Source of the DNA: Verrucomicrobiota bacterium
GTDB lineage: Bacteria; Verrucomicrobiota; Verrucomicrobiia; Limisphaerales; SXQI01
NCBI GenBank assembly: GCA_033762115.1
Contig: JANRLX010000021.1
Span: forward strand, 66,855 to 130,854
Direction of reading: 5' to 3'
Length of the DNA stretch: 64,000 nucleotides
The notes beneath the pieces are model-generated. The model saw nothing but the letters and a program-made list of their open reading frames with translations, was not told the DNA's origin and did not search any database. How positions within the stretch are numbered: position 1 is the first letter of the stretch; each line of letters begins with the position of its first letter. Positions 28,810-38,305 of this stretch are shown one piece after another. A program made the translations under genes and the position numbers.

Positions 28810-29115
28810 GTTATTGGCCGGCTGTTGCCGGGGCATTGTTTCGGAGCATCAAAAATTCTGTCGGACTGATGTCCCAACATTGCCGAGAATGTTGGCGACA
28901 ACGTTGCGTTCGGCTTGAAACGCGACCCACTAAGCTGTGCTTAGGGAAGATGTCTGACAGGAATATTGATTTTTTCACTCCGTTCATGACCTTTGATCCT
29001 TCACTGATTGAAGGTAAAACCATCCAATCTGGATGGCACAACGAGTAGTGAGGGAGTTGTGCTGAGTAGTGCGGCCCAGGGCGGATAAAGGGTCTTGGGC
29101 ATGTCATTTTGCGAC
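28810..29115. other. Candidate oriT region
   Basis: Intergenic gap between the stb-like operon and relaxase; inverted repeat GCACAAC/GTTGTGC (29036-29062) and direct repeat GAGTAGTG x2. Confidence 0.55.
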
Positions 29116-31830
29116 ATGCTTCGAGTAACTCCAAGCCGTAGCGCCAACGGGGCCAAGGAATACTTCGCTCAATCGTTGAGCAAGGAGGATTACTACAGCG
29201 AGGGGCAGGAAATTCGCGGCGATTGGCAAGGGCTTGGAGCGGCGAGATTGGGGCTCTCAGGGGCCGTTGACCAAGAGGCATTTGATGCTTTGTGCGAGAA
29301 TCGAAAGCCGGGAGCTAACGAACGGCTGACCCAAAGGAACAAAACCAATCGGACAGTTGGTTACGACTTCAATTTCCATTGTCCCAAGTCCGTCTCGGTC
29401 GTTTACGAATTCACGAAGGATGAGCGGATCTTGAAGGCATTCGGGGCTTCCGTGAATGCAACGATGCGGGAGATTGAAGGTGAAATCCAAACGCGAGTGA
29501 GAAAAGACGGGGCGAATGAAAATCGCCTCACCGGGAACATGATTTGGGCAGAGTTCATTCATTTCACAGCCAGGCCAGTCAAAGGCATTCCCGATCCGCA
29601 TTTGCATGCTCATTGCTATGCCTTCAACACCACTTGGGATGATCTTGAAAAGAAATGGAAAGCGGGTCAATTCCGCGAGTTAAAGGCCGATGCGCCTTAT
29701 TTTGAAGCCGTCTTTCACGCCCGGTTCGCAAAGGAACTGGCCGATATCGGATATGGCATCGAACGCATGGCCAAAGGCTGGGAAATTGCGGGCCTCCCCA
29801 AGCGGGTGCTGGAGGAATTTTCCAAACGCTCGGAGCAAGTGGAGCAGAAGGCGAAGGAGTTGGGGCTCACGTCAGCCAAGGAAAAGGATGGACTGGCCGC
29901 GATGACTCGCGAACGGAAGCAAAAGGAGCTTTCCAAGGCGGATTTGCGAAAAATTTGGATTCAACGTGTTACGCCTTCGGAGCGAGGCGCCATCGAAAGC
30001 TCAAAGGCGTCCAATCGCGTCGCTTTCGTCTCAGAATCCAAGGCAATGGATTTTGCCGTCCAGCATTGTTACGAACGCGCATCGATTGCTACTGGAAAGG
30101 AATTGCTCAGGGAGGCATTACGCTTTGGTGTCGGTTCGGTCGACGTGAACCGGACGAAGCAGGAGTTGCAACGCGATGATTTTGTTCGGGAAATATCGAG
30201 CGGAAAGCAATGGTTGACGACTCGGCAAGTCCTGGCTGAAGAACGGAGATTGATCGAATTCGTTCAGCAAGGCCGGGATACCTGCGTTCCTTTCCATTCC
30301 GGGGTTTGGCGATTCCAGAACGAGATTCTATCCGATGAGCAGAAGAAAGCTGTGCTGCACGTTATCCAAAGCAGGGGTCGCGTTACAGCCATCCGGGGAG
30401 GCGCTGGAACCGGCAAGACAACTATGATGAAGGAAGCGGTTGCAGCCATCGAATCGGGCGGCAAAAAGGTATTCACTTTTGCCCCTTCGGCTGAGGCTTC
30501 TCGCGGGGTGCTTCGTTCTGATGCCGGATTTTCGGAAGCCGATACGATTGAAGCATTGCTGCAAAATTCGAGATTGCAGGCCCAAATCCGCGGGCAGGTG
30601 ATTTGGATTGATGAAGCAGGATTATTGGGAGCGCCCACTTTGGCCCGAGTGGTGGCGCTCGCCGAAAGTTCGGGGTGCCGAATCATTCTATCGGGCGATA
30701 CTGCGCAGCATCGTTCCGTGGAGCGTGGCGATGCCCTGCGAATTTTGGAGAAATACGCCGGTTTGGAAGCCGTAGAATTGACGGAAATTCGCCGCCAGAA
30801 AAGTGACGAACACAAAGCCATCGTCGCGGACCTTCGCTGTGGCAATTTACAATCGGCCTTCAAAGGACTCAACCGCCTGGGGATGATTCGATCTAGGCTC
30901 TTGGAGAACCAGCACGAAGCGTTGGCCGGTGATTACGGCGCCGCTTTAAACAAAGGAAAAACAGCCTTGGTGATTTCTCCCACGCACGCTGAAGGCGAAC
31001 GAGTCACACGCGAAATCCGCCGCGCATTGAAAAACCTCGGCAGGCTGGGAAATGACGAGAGAACGGTTGCTCGTTTCAAAAATGTGCAGTGGACAGAAGC
31101 TCAACGGGGAGATGCGCGAAACTATTACCCTGGGATGGTGATCCAATTTCATCAGAATGCGCCCGGCTTCCAACGAGGCGAGCGAGTCACGGTGGATGAA
31201 TTCAAAAACGAAGCAGTTGTTGTGGCCCGTCAAAATGGTGAGACGGCATTGCTTCCGTTGGATCAAACCAGCCGGTTTCAGGTTTACGAGTTGGCAGAGA
31301 TTCAGATTGCGGTTGGTGACATGATCCGAGTAACCCAAAATGGTTTCTCCAAGGATGGACACCGACTGAATAATGGCGATTTAAAGCGGGTCAAAGGCTT
31401 CACGAAAGAGGGAGACATCAAACTTGAGAGCGGATGGATTGTGGCCAAGGACTTCGCTCATTGGACTCACGGATATTGTGTGACGTCATACGCTTCACAG
31501 AGCAAAAGCGTGGATTGTGTTTTTATCGCCGAAAACTCGGAATCGTTTCGGGCCGCCGACCGTCAGCAATTCTATGTGTCGGCGAGCCGCTTCAAAGAGG
31601 CGTTGACTATCTACACGGATGACAAGCGAGCATTGCTGGAAGCTGTTTCCAAATCATCCCAGCGTCCAGCCGCAACGGATTTGGTCAGTGGAAGCGTGGC
31701 AGAACACGCCGAGAAAACGAAAGAAATCATCCTCTCGGCTACTGATGGGCGAGTGCCAACTCCGATAAAGAACGTCGATCACAAAAGCTGGAGCAACCGC
31801 GTTAAGAAAGGTCGGGGGATAAGCATTTGA
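29116..31830 (+). CDS. mobF: MOBF relaxase-helicase (TrwC/TraI family)
   Basis: EYF...DYY tyrosines, GYDFNFHCPKSVS, PDPHLHAH, EFSKR, GGAGTGKTT, IDEAG and YASQSKSVD motifs. Confidence 0.96.
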   Translation: MLRVTPSRSANGAKEYFAQSLSKEDYYSEGQEIRGDWQGLGAARLGLSGAVDQEAFDALCENRKPGANERLTQRNKTNRTVGYDFNFHCPKSVSVVYEFTKDERILKAFGASVNATMREIEGEIQTRVRKDGANENRLTGNMIWAEFIHFTARPVKGIPDPHLHAHCYAFNTTWDDLEKKWKAGQFRELKADAPYFEAVFHARFAKELADIGYGIERMAKGWEIAGLPKRVLEEFSKRSEQVEQKAKELGLTSAKEKDGLAAMTRERKQKELSKADLRKIWIQRVTPSERGAIESSKASNRVAFVSESKAMDFAVQHCYERASIATGKELLREALRFGVGSVDVNRTKQELQRDDFVREISSGKQWLTTRQVLAEERRLIEFVQQGRDTCVPFHSGVWRFQNEILSDEQKKAVLHVIQSRGRVTAIRGGAGTGKTTMMKEAVAAIESGGKKVFTFAPSAEASRGVLRSDAGFSEADTIEALLQNSRLQAQIRGQVIWIDEAGLLGAPTLARVVALAESSGCRIILSGDTAQHRSVERGDALRILEKYAGLEAVELTEIRRQKSDEHKAIVADLRCGNLQSAFKGLNRLGMIRSRLLENQHEALAGDYGAALNKGKTALVISPTHAEGERVTREIRRALKNLGRLGNDERTVARFKNVQWTEAQRGDARNYYPGMVIQFHQNAPGFQRGERVTVDEFKNEAVVVARQNGETALLPLDQTSRFQVYELAEIQIAVGDMIRVTQNGFSKDGHRLNNGDLKRVKGFTKEGDIKLESGWIVAKDFAHWTHGYCVTSYASQSKSVDCVFIAENSESFRAADRQQFYVSASRFKEALTIYTDDKRALLEAVSKSSQRPAATDLVSGSVAEHAEKTKEIILSATDGRVPTPIKNVDHKSWSNRVKKGRGISI

Positions 31831-31878
31831 TAACGGCGTCACCGATTCGAAATGGCCTGGGAAGGAAAACGCGCGCGT

Positions 31879-32169
31879 TTAGGAATAATCTTCCGAGCTT
31901 TTTGGCGGTATCGGTGAGGGGAACGGGTTACGATTCGGGTCTTTCTCATGCAATTCCTCGGCGAGAGAATACTCTATTTCGTCATTGGGATCGAATTGCC
32001 ATGCTTCTGCATTTCGGTCATTCGGAATCGACCCCGGCAAATTTAATGGTGAAGCCAAACCGGAAAGTTTTTGGGCGGGACGAGTGCCAATTGCAGCGAA
32101 TACCGCAACTATCAAGCCTACGAACATGATCCCAAGGAATTTGAATGCTTCCCAATCCACTTCGGTCAT
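31879..32169 (-). CDS. Small membrane protein
   Basis: TM FLGIMFVGLIVAVFAAIG; follows virB6. Confidence 0.5.
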   Translation of the reverse strand: MTEVDWEAFKFLGIMFVGLIVAVFAAIGTRPAQKLSGLASPLNLPGSIPNDRNAEAWQFDPNDEIEYSLAEELHEKDPNRNPFPSPIPPKSSEDYS

Positions 32170-32203
32170 ATGAGAAGATAGCACGCTGTGAAAAGAATGC
32201 ACG

Positions 32204-33316
32204 TCAGGCTTGAGAATGCGGGTTACGAGAATTGCGAATCAAGTTTTCAACGGTTTTGTCCCCCGTTGGATCATTTTTCGGAAAACGGCGTCCTTTTCCA
32301 GATGCGGAGGAATTTCCCGGCTCGTGAAGTAGGCGCATGTGTGCTAATGATCCGATGAGAGAACCACTACTATTGAGTCCACCGCTTATGATTGTTTCGA
32401 CACCCGAAGCGGCGGCCGCCGCGCCAGCCTGAACCAGCCCTACTCCAGTTTTACCCGCCCCAGCTGCAACAAACGATGAGGTGCCTGCGGAAAATGCCGA
32501 CCGCCCCGCTGCAAATGCGCCTCCCAATAAATTCGCCGCTACGGCGCTTCCAGATTGGATCGCCCGTTGCAGCATTACGGGTGCGGCAATAGTACTGAAC
32601 AGGATCCAAACGCCAAGAAAACCGACTCCCATAAAATTCTGAAGCGAGTAAAGATCGTTTCCAATCACCGATGAGGATAGAAAACTTCGATCCGTCATGA
32701 AATCAATCATCCCTTCGGTAATCATACCAGCCAGCCCCCAACCAAGTGGCCAGGCCATAACACCGGCGAGATGAAGCAGGTATCTCCTGCCGGCGTTCTG
32801 AAGAACTGGAAAAGCAAGAAAGCCGATGAAGATGGGCGAGAGGCCGTAACCGAGGAAAAGAATTGCCGTTTGGAGAATATACGCCCACCACATCACCGCG
32901 CTCGCAACCCAACCGAGGTAATAAAAAAAGGCGGTCAAAACCCACTCCATTGGCGCGGCTCTCCAATCCAGAATTTTTTCGAACCAGCTCTTCCCGCCGG
33001 ATGCAGACTTCTTCAATTCGAGAGCAGCGTTGTATTGATCAAAGATTTTGCCGGGATCAACGCGCAAAACATTTTTCACAGTGTCGTCAACAGCGGAAAC
33101 CACCATATTTCCCCACGTCGGAACAAAAACGATGAGGACGGTGAGCATGAGCATCCGACCAAAGATGCGAAAATGAGCGGAGCCGCTGCGGTGCGTGGCT
33201 AGGACGGTTGAAATTAAACCGCCAGTCAAAAGCAGATACGCGATCGGTGTTACGATGGCCTTGAGTTCAAGGCAACGATCCGAAAAATGAGGAAACAAGG
33301 AATTGAAGTCGTTCAT
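32204..33316 (-). CDS. VirB6/TrbL-like T4SS inner-membrane protein
   Basis: Multi-TM protein with LSPIFIGFL...WPLGW and a Gly/Ala-rich C-terminal region. Confidence 0.8.
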   Translation of the reverse strand: MNDFNSLFPHFSDRCLELKAIVTPIAYLLLTGGLISTVLATHRSGSAHFRIFGRMLMLTVLIVFVPTWGNMVVSAVDDTVKNVLRVDPGKIFDQYNAALELKKSASGGKSWFEKILDWRAAPMEWVLTAFFYYLGWVASAVMWWAYILQTAILFLGYGLSPIFIGFLAFPVLQNAGRRYLLHLAGVMAWPLGWGLAGMITEGMIDFMTDRSFLSSSVIGNDLYSLQNFMGVGFLGVWILFSTIAAPVMLQRAIQSGSAVAANLLGGAFAAGRSAFSAGTSSFVAAGAGKTGVGLVQAGAAAAASGVETIISGGLNSSGSLIGSLAHMRLLHEPGNSSASGKGRRFPKNDPTGDKTVENLIRNSRNPHSQA

Positions 33317-33331
33317 AAATCTATCGCAAAT

Positions 33332-33973
33332 TCAAAAGCGAATTCGCACCGCGCTTTTGATTGTTTTCGTTTGGTCATTTCTCCGCAAAGTCGATTCACC
33401 GCATTGGCAACGGTCGTCAACCGCTTTAACGACCCGGCTTAAATTCTCGCCCGGATATTTTGCGGCGAGGGTCTCCTCCACGGTCGCCTGAATGTCTTTG
33501 CGAAAAAGTTGGAGGATATTTTTTTCGTTATCCAAATGATCTTGAATCAAAATTTTGGGATCGTTGCTGGTCATCAAAACTTCCGCCGTCCCGTGGGCGC
33601 GCGCGTAAGCCGAATGGGGGCCGAATTGTTCGATAATTCCGTATTCTTGACCGGTTCCTCGGGGACGGCTGCAAAACAGGATTTCATTCGTGGCGGTTTT
33701 TGAGAGAGTTTTTAAAATTTGCCAAGGCGCCCCTCGGTCGCCTTGAATCCTGATGGCTTGAATTAATTGGCTGGTTCCGTTGACAGGCAGTTCTCTCCAA
33801 TTGATGGCCTGTGTTTCGAGTTCGCCCAGCGTACGAGCTCCTTCGAGCAATTGAGAAACCTGGTCTTGGACAACGTCCATTGCCTCAGTGTATGCCTGGT
33901 ATTCGGTTTCGGTCAGCCGCCCGCCAAAACCCGGCACTCGGTATTGGCACGGCTCTCCGTGACGTTTTAACAT
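33332..33973 (-). CDS. Hypothetical protein in the xis-virB6 operon
   Basis: ATG at 33973 overlaps the xis stop; the upstream extension of the listed ORF is the xis gene in another frame. Confidence 0.65.
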   Translation of the reverse strand: MLKRHGEPCQYRVPGFGGRLTETEYQAYTEAMDVVQDQVSQLLEGARTLGELETQAINWRELPVNGTSQLIQAIRIQGDRGAPWQILKTLSKTATNEILFCSRPRGTGQEYGIIEQFGPHSAYARAHGTAEVLMTSNDPKILIQDHLDNEKNILQLFRKDIQATVEETLAAKYPGENLSRVVKAVDDRCQCGESTLRRNDQTKTIKSAVRIRF

Positions 33974-34197
33974 GCGTCCTCCCCTTCCGCCCTCAGCAAA
34001 CGCAAAAGCTCGTCTCGTGAAACCAAGAATTTTCCCCGAAGCGCCCGGCAGACTTTCAATTTCTTGCGCTGCACGAGGCGATAAACGCTGAAGTAATCCA
34101 CCCCGAGCAACTCGGCGGCTTCGTGCAAGGAATAGGCAAGCCTTTCTGGTTGCTCCGTTCCGTTCCGCTCTGAGGAGAGGTTTTCGGTCGCGCTCAT
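33967..34197 (-). CDS. Excisionase-like HTH_17 protein
   Basis: LAYSLHEAAELLGVDYFSVYRLVQRKKL...FLVSRDEL. Confidence 0.85.
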   Translation of the reverse strand: MSATENLSSERNGTEQPERLAYSLHEAAELLGVDYFSVYRLVQRKKLKVCRALRGKFLVSRDELLRLLRAEGEDAC

Positions 34198-34200
34198 ACA

Positions 34201-34530
34201 CTACCCACTACCATCATTATCTTCGTTTGGCTGTGCCACCGGCGGCACAATCGAACGCGGCGGTTTACGAGCTGGCCGCAATTCGGCAATTTGAGAGGCC
34301 AAGGCGGTAAATTTGGGAAATAAATCGGCGACGGGTACTTTCAGACTGGCAGCAAAAAACGGCAAATACATGTCATCAGCGCGATGTCGGCCGCCTTCGA
34401 TTTTGGCGATAAAGTCACGTCGAACCTCCAAGCCGACCGCCTCCAGTTGCTGCACGAGTTTTTCCTGCGACCATCCAAGATTGTAACGAATTCTTCGAAT
34501 CTGAGGCCCCACCACATTCTGCGCTTTCAC
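34201..34530 (-). CDS. XRE-family HTH regulator
   Basis: VGPQIRRIRYNLGWSQEKL...IAKIEGG...LKVPVADLF. Confidence 0.88.
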   Translation of the reverse strand: MKAQNVVGPQIRRIRYNLGWSQEKLVQQLEAVGLEVRRDFIAKIEGGRHRADDMYLPFFAASLKVPVADLFPKFTALASQIAELRPARKPPRSIVPPVAQPNEDNDGSG

Positions 34531-34627
34531 GAACCCTCCTTTGGCTTTTGCCTTTCCCGGTTTCCTGTTGCAAAGGAAATCAACGAGAATCCATGAAATA
34601 AATCGCCGCGCGATTAAAACCCCGCAA

Positions 34628-34663
34628 ATTGGAATTTCTTATCGCTCAATCGGAAAAACCTAT
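34628..34663. promoter_or_regulatory. OxyR-like LysR binding site
   Basis: ATTG-N7-TTAT-N6-ATCG-N7-CTAT, close to tandem ATAG-N7-CTAT, in the divergent promoter region. Confidence 0.5.
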
Positions 34664-34784
34664 CACTCCCGGAATCCAAAATTTCGATTTCGACTTTGAG
34701 ATTGGCCCGCTTTTTGCAGCGTTCAGCCGCAAAGGCCGATTCGCATAATTCAGATATGCGCGAAAAGGCGAGGGCCGTCTTGGA

Positions 34785-35675
34785 ATGGAAATTCACCAAT
34801 TACGGTATTTTCTTGCGGTGGCGAAAACGGGAAGTTTTCGAGAAGCGTCATTTCAATGCCACGTCACTCAACCCGCCCTTAGTCAACAGATTCACAAACT
34901 GGAAAGCGATCTGGAGGTTGCTCTTTTTTACAGGAACCACCGCGGCGTCACTCCGACGCCGGCGGGTCGAGTTCTGGTCGAGCGGGCAAATGGGATTCTT
35001 GAACAAATTGAGCGCGCAAAGAAGGCTGTTCAGATCCAGGCGGCAAGCTCGGGGGAGAAAATCGAAATCGGCGCCATCCCCACGATTGCTCCCTACCGTT
35101 TGGCGCAGGCGTTGGCTCGTTTCCGCCAAAAGTTTCCCAACCCTCTGCTGATTATTCGCGAAGAGCCAATTTCACGAATTGTCAGAATGGTGGAAGAGGG
35201 TGAACTGGAAATTGGCATCGCCAGCCTTCCTTTCGACGCGGCCGGCTTTGCCATGGAGGAATTATTCACTGACGAACTCCTATTAGCGATGCCCGTTCGA
35301 CACCCTCTTACCCTTAAAACGGTGGTTCAAGTCGAAGATCTTTCCTCTCAGAAGTTCATTTTGCTGGACGATGACCATTGTCTAAGCGGACCCGTGCGCC
35401 GCTTTTTTCAGGTTCATAATATCCGCCCTGAGGTGGCTTTTAAGGGGTGCCAATTGGAGACGGTGCAATCATTCGTGATGGCTGGGGAAGGCGTGGCGTT
35501 TGTTCCCGCGATGGCACAATGCGCGGGGCCGTTAGAATATCGTCCTGTTGAGCGAGGGCCTAGCCGCACAATTATTGCAATTCAAAAAAAGCATCCGAGA
35601 TCGTTGGACGCGATTAAAATGTTCCTCAGTCTTTTTCGAGAAATTGCGACGGCTCGCCTTAATCCTCCGAAATGA
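34785..35675 (+). CDS. LysR-family regulator, OxyR-like
   Basis: LysR HTH TQPALSQQI; GAIPTIAPY; LLDDDHCL aligns with OxyR LEDGHCL. Confidence 0.9.
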   Translation: MEIHQLRYFLAVAKTGSFREASFQCHVTQPALSQQIHKLESDLEVALFYRNHRGVTPTPAGRVLVERANGILEQIERAKKAVQIQAASSGEKIEIGAIPTIAPYRLAQALARFRQKFPNPLLIIREEPISRIVRMVEEGELEIGIASLPFDAAGFAMEELFTDELLLAMPVRHPLTLKTVVQVEDLSSQKFILLDDDHCLSGPVRRFFQVHNIRPEVAFKGCQLETVQSFVMAGEGVAFVPAMAQCAGPLEYRPVERGPSRTIIAIQKKHPRSLDAIKMFLSLFREIATARLNPPK

Positions 35676-35687
35676 CGAGGAAGCGAT

Positions 35688-36704
35688 TTAGGCGGCGTCG
35701 GCCAAGTCCCCGGCGCTTGTAATGGAGCGCAACCATTGTTGCCAATCTTGAATTTCGTTTCGGGAAAGCGGGTGCGTCGGCGTAGCTTCGATCAGACGAT
35801 TGATTTCATGTTCTGGAAGCAATTGCTTCTCGCGAATGTATTCTGTGATGCTGCCTGGTTTTGGAGTCGAACCGCGCCGAAGCCCTTTGACACGGCGCCG
35901 CCAAATGCCCTCGGTTAAAGGAACCCCCAAGCCTTTGGGCCATCCTTTTCGTTCCGCATAATCGAGATGAGTTTGACGGGCGCGTGCCTCAAGAACGACG
36001 ATTCGTTTGAGTTTGTCTGGTTCGGTTTTCGCCAAGTCATCCACTTCGTGCGGTTTCATGGCGGTGCAGAAATAGCAGGACGATTTCGTCGGGATCGGCA
36101 GGCCCGCTTTGACGATCTGCCGAATGCACTCGGCCAAATCCCATCCCCACTCCTGCAAAGGAAACCAAAGGTCGAACAAATCTGCTTCCTCGTCCTGCAC
36201 CGCGTAGGTGCTGCATCCGTGGGAACGCCGCTTTTCGCGAGGGCTGGCATCAAACCCAATCGCTTTGCGAACACGCCCGCCGGATGCCCAGCAATCGCGG
36301 GCGGGTTGCCACTTCTTGAGAAATGCAAGCTGGGGCGCGATTTTCCATTTGGCGCTGCATTTGTGGAAACCGTAAGCGATGGAAGGCAGGGCGCAGTTGG
36401 TGAGGATATTTTCCTCGATGGAATGATACGGAGGCCAGTGTTTAAAATCCTTCGGTTGATAACGAACGATGGTGATTTCGGGGAAGCCCACCGACCGCAA
36501 CCATGCGTTCGTAACTATCAAGTAGTCATAAGTGGATTGCCTTTCAGCTCCAACATCCGCGAACAGAATCAGGTCAGGGCGTATCTGGCGCTGCCTGAGG
36601 CCGACGAGCAAAGCGGTCGAATCGCGTCCGGCGCCGTAGCAGATTACAAGGGGTTGTTGCGAAGCGTGGGGAGCGTAATCCAAAGTCAGTTGTCCCGTAT
36701 TCAT
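35688..36704 (-). CDS. PAPS-reductase-like (adenine nucleotide alpha-hydrolase) protein
   Basis: PP-loop-like CYGAGRDST, FADVGAE, CSAKWK, FPLQEWGW and KSSCYFC motifs. Confidence 0.8.
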   Translation of the reverse strand: MNTGQLTLDYAPHASQQPLVICYGAGRDSTALLVGLRQRQIRPDLILFADVGAERQSTYDYLIVTNAWLRSVGFPEITIVRYQPKDFKHWPPYHSIEENILTNCALPSIAYGFHKCSAKWKIAPQLAFLKKWQPARDCWASGGRVRKAIGFDASPREKRRSHGCSTYAVQDEEADLFDLWFPLQEWGWDLAECIRQIVKAGLPIPTKSSCYFCTAMKPHEVDDLAKTEPDKLKRIVVLEARARQTHLDYAERKGWPKGLGVPLTEGIWRRRVKGLRRGSTPKPGSITEYIREKQLLPEHEINRLIEATPTHPLSRNEIQDWQQWLRSITSAGDLADAA

Positions 36705-36763
36705 CGGAAATCTCCAAACGGAGTCGCGCCCCCGCTGGCGTCAGCGAGAGCGCGATGGGTAAA

Positions 36764-37225
36764 TCAGTTGAAGAGGCCCAACCCACGGAGCGAACGATGT
36801 TGGCCGTGGCCGATGATGACGTGATCGACTACTTCAATGCGGAGCAACTTCCCGGCTTTGATGAGTTCACGAGTGACCTGAATGTCCGCTTCGGATGGGG
36901 ACGCCTCTCCTGACGGGTGATTGTGGATTAGAATGATTCCGGCAGCGGCACCAATGACGGCTGGCCTAAACACATCCCTTGGATGAACCACCACCGAATC
37001 CAGCGTGCCAATGCTGATGAGACAATGGCCTTTGACACGGCGGCGAGTGTTCAAAAGGAGCGTCACGAAGCATTCGCACTCGGGATTAAAGTATGGGTGC
37101 GAAAGCAGGTGCGCGTTCCAGTATTCGACGACCTTTTCGGGAGTGTCGCAAATCTGCAAGTCCTGCGGCAGCGGACACTCGCGAAGGGCGACGATCTTGA
37201 ATTCCTTGGGCGTGAAACCGTTCAT
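36764..37225 (-). CDS. radC: RadC-like JAB-domain protein
   Basis: VHPRDVFR, HNHPSG, PSEADI and DHVIIG motifs. Confidence 0.93.
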   Translation of the reverse strand: MNGFTPKEFKIVALRECPLPQDLQICDTPEKVVEYWNAHLLSHPYFNPECECFVTLLLNTRRRVKGHCLISIGTLDSVVVHPRDVFRPAVIGAAAGIILIHNHPSGEASPSEADIQVTRELIKAGKLLRIEVVDHVIIGHGQHRSLRGLGLFN

Positions 37226-37503
37226 AACGCCTCCTTCCAATGTTCTTCGAGCAGTTCCACAAAGAAGGCGTAGTGCTTCTCAACTTTGTCCGATCCCCTG
37301 AAATCCCGTATTCCGATCAATTGCTCTCGAAGCGTCAGGACCATGAAATGAACGCCTTGAACTTGGGAGACGGCCTTTTCGCGGCGGCGCTTACGCGCGT
37401 CCATGATGAAATGCCTGGCGGCAATGATTTGCTCGTCCCAGATTCGCAACAGCAATTCAGTCCCATCAACCATCGCCGTTGGGTTGCCTCTTTCCTTTGA
37501 CAT
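37222..37503 (-). CDS. Hypothetical protein
   Basis: Stop overlaps the radC start; purine-rich RBS-like sequence upstream. Confidence 0.55.
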   Translation of the reverse strand: MSKERGNPTAMVDGTELLLRIWDEQIIAARHFIMDARKRRREKAVSQVQGVHFMVLTLREQLIGIRDFRGSDKVEKHYAFFVELLEEHWKEAL

Positions 37504-37740
37504 ATTTACTCTTTCTTTCGCCGCCCGCCGGGTCGTAACCGGTTGCGCTCGGTTCGTTTACTCTGGTCGGGCGCGGGGCGGCGCATTCCGACCAAACTCG
37601 TGGTTGCTTTTCCTTTTCACCAAACCGCCCGCAAAAACGAACGGCCCGCACACGACGAAAACTCACGACGATCCGCCATGTTAAAAACTGGCTTTGCAAA
37701 CAAAGCATTGCTTTGCTTTGCAAATCCTAAGAGCCGTCCC

Positions 37741-37859
37741 GCGCTGGCGGTCTGCGCTGTCAAGTGGTCCGAGGAGACCCCGACGAATAGGAGGGGCGCG
37801 AATAGCGCGGCGCAGCCGGCGAGCAGACCACTTGACAGCACTAGCAGACCGTCCAACGC
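37741..37859. repeat. Long imperfect inverted repeat with TTGACA in the stem
   Basis: GCTGTCAAGTGGTC (37756-37769) is the exact reverse complement of GACCACTTGACAGC (37826-37839); pairing extends outward. Confidence 0.85.
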
Positions 37860-38025
37860 AAGGCCCTCGCGAGTAGCGCCTACGTTTTTGGGATCGTTTT
37901 TTATTGAAGATTTTTTGAGCGGAGATAGGCTCGAAATCGCCTTCGGTTTTTTGCCTTTGCCGATGGCCTCCTTCTCTTATTGCCTTTCGAGAAGGAATTT
38001 GCCGAAGTGCGCAATGCATTTCGCG

Positions 38026-38054
38026 ACGGCCCCGTAAGGGGCCGTTTTTATTTT
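38026..38054 (+). terminator. Rho-independent terminator-like hairpin
   Basis: ACGGCCCC-GTAA-GGGGCCGT followed by a T-rich tail. Confidence 0.6.
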
Positions 38055-38127
38055 GAACCGAATCGTTGTTTATTCCGTCTGAACTTGAACAAGGAGGGTT
38101 ACGGTTTGGGTTTGCTTTAGAAAGTCG

Positions 38128-38166
38128 GAGGAAGCGGCCTCATTTTCGAGGACCGCTTCCTCTTTT
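38128..38166. terminator. Terminator-like hairpin downstream of the methylase-helicase
   Basis: GAGGAAGCGG-CCTC-ATTTTC-GAGG-A-CCGCTTCCTC-TTTT. Confidence 0.6.
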
Positions 38167-38305
38167 ACAAAACATGTCTGGAAGGAAGTTCGAACATTGC
38201 GTTCACGCGGTTTGACAGTTGGTTAAGTCCCGATTGAGATTTGCTTGCTTTGGATCAATTTTATTGGGCATGCGAACGAAGTTGCGGCCAAAATGGGTAG
38301 CGGGT

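Noticed and set aside
33974..34201. N-terminal extension of the 289-aa ORF 33332-34201
   Set aside because: Overlaps the excisionase in another frame, and an ATG at 33973 gives a normal coupled start, so it was not treated as dual coding.
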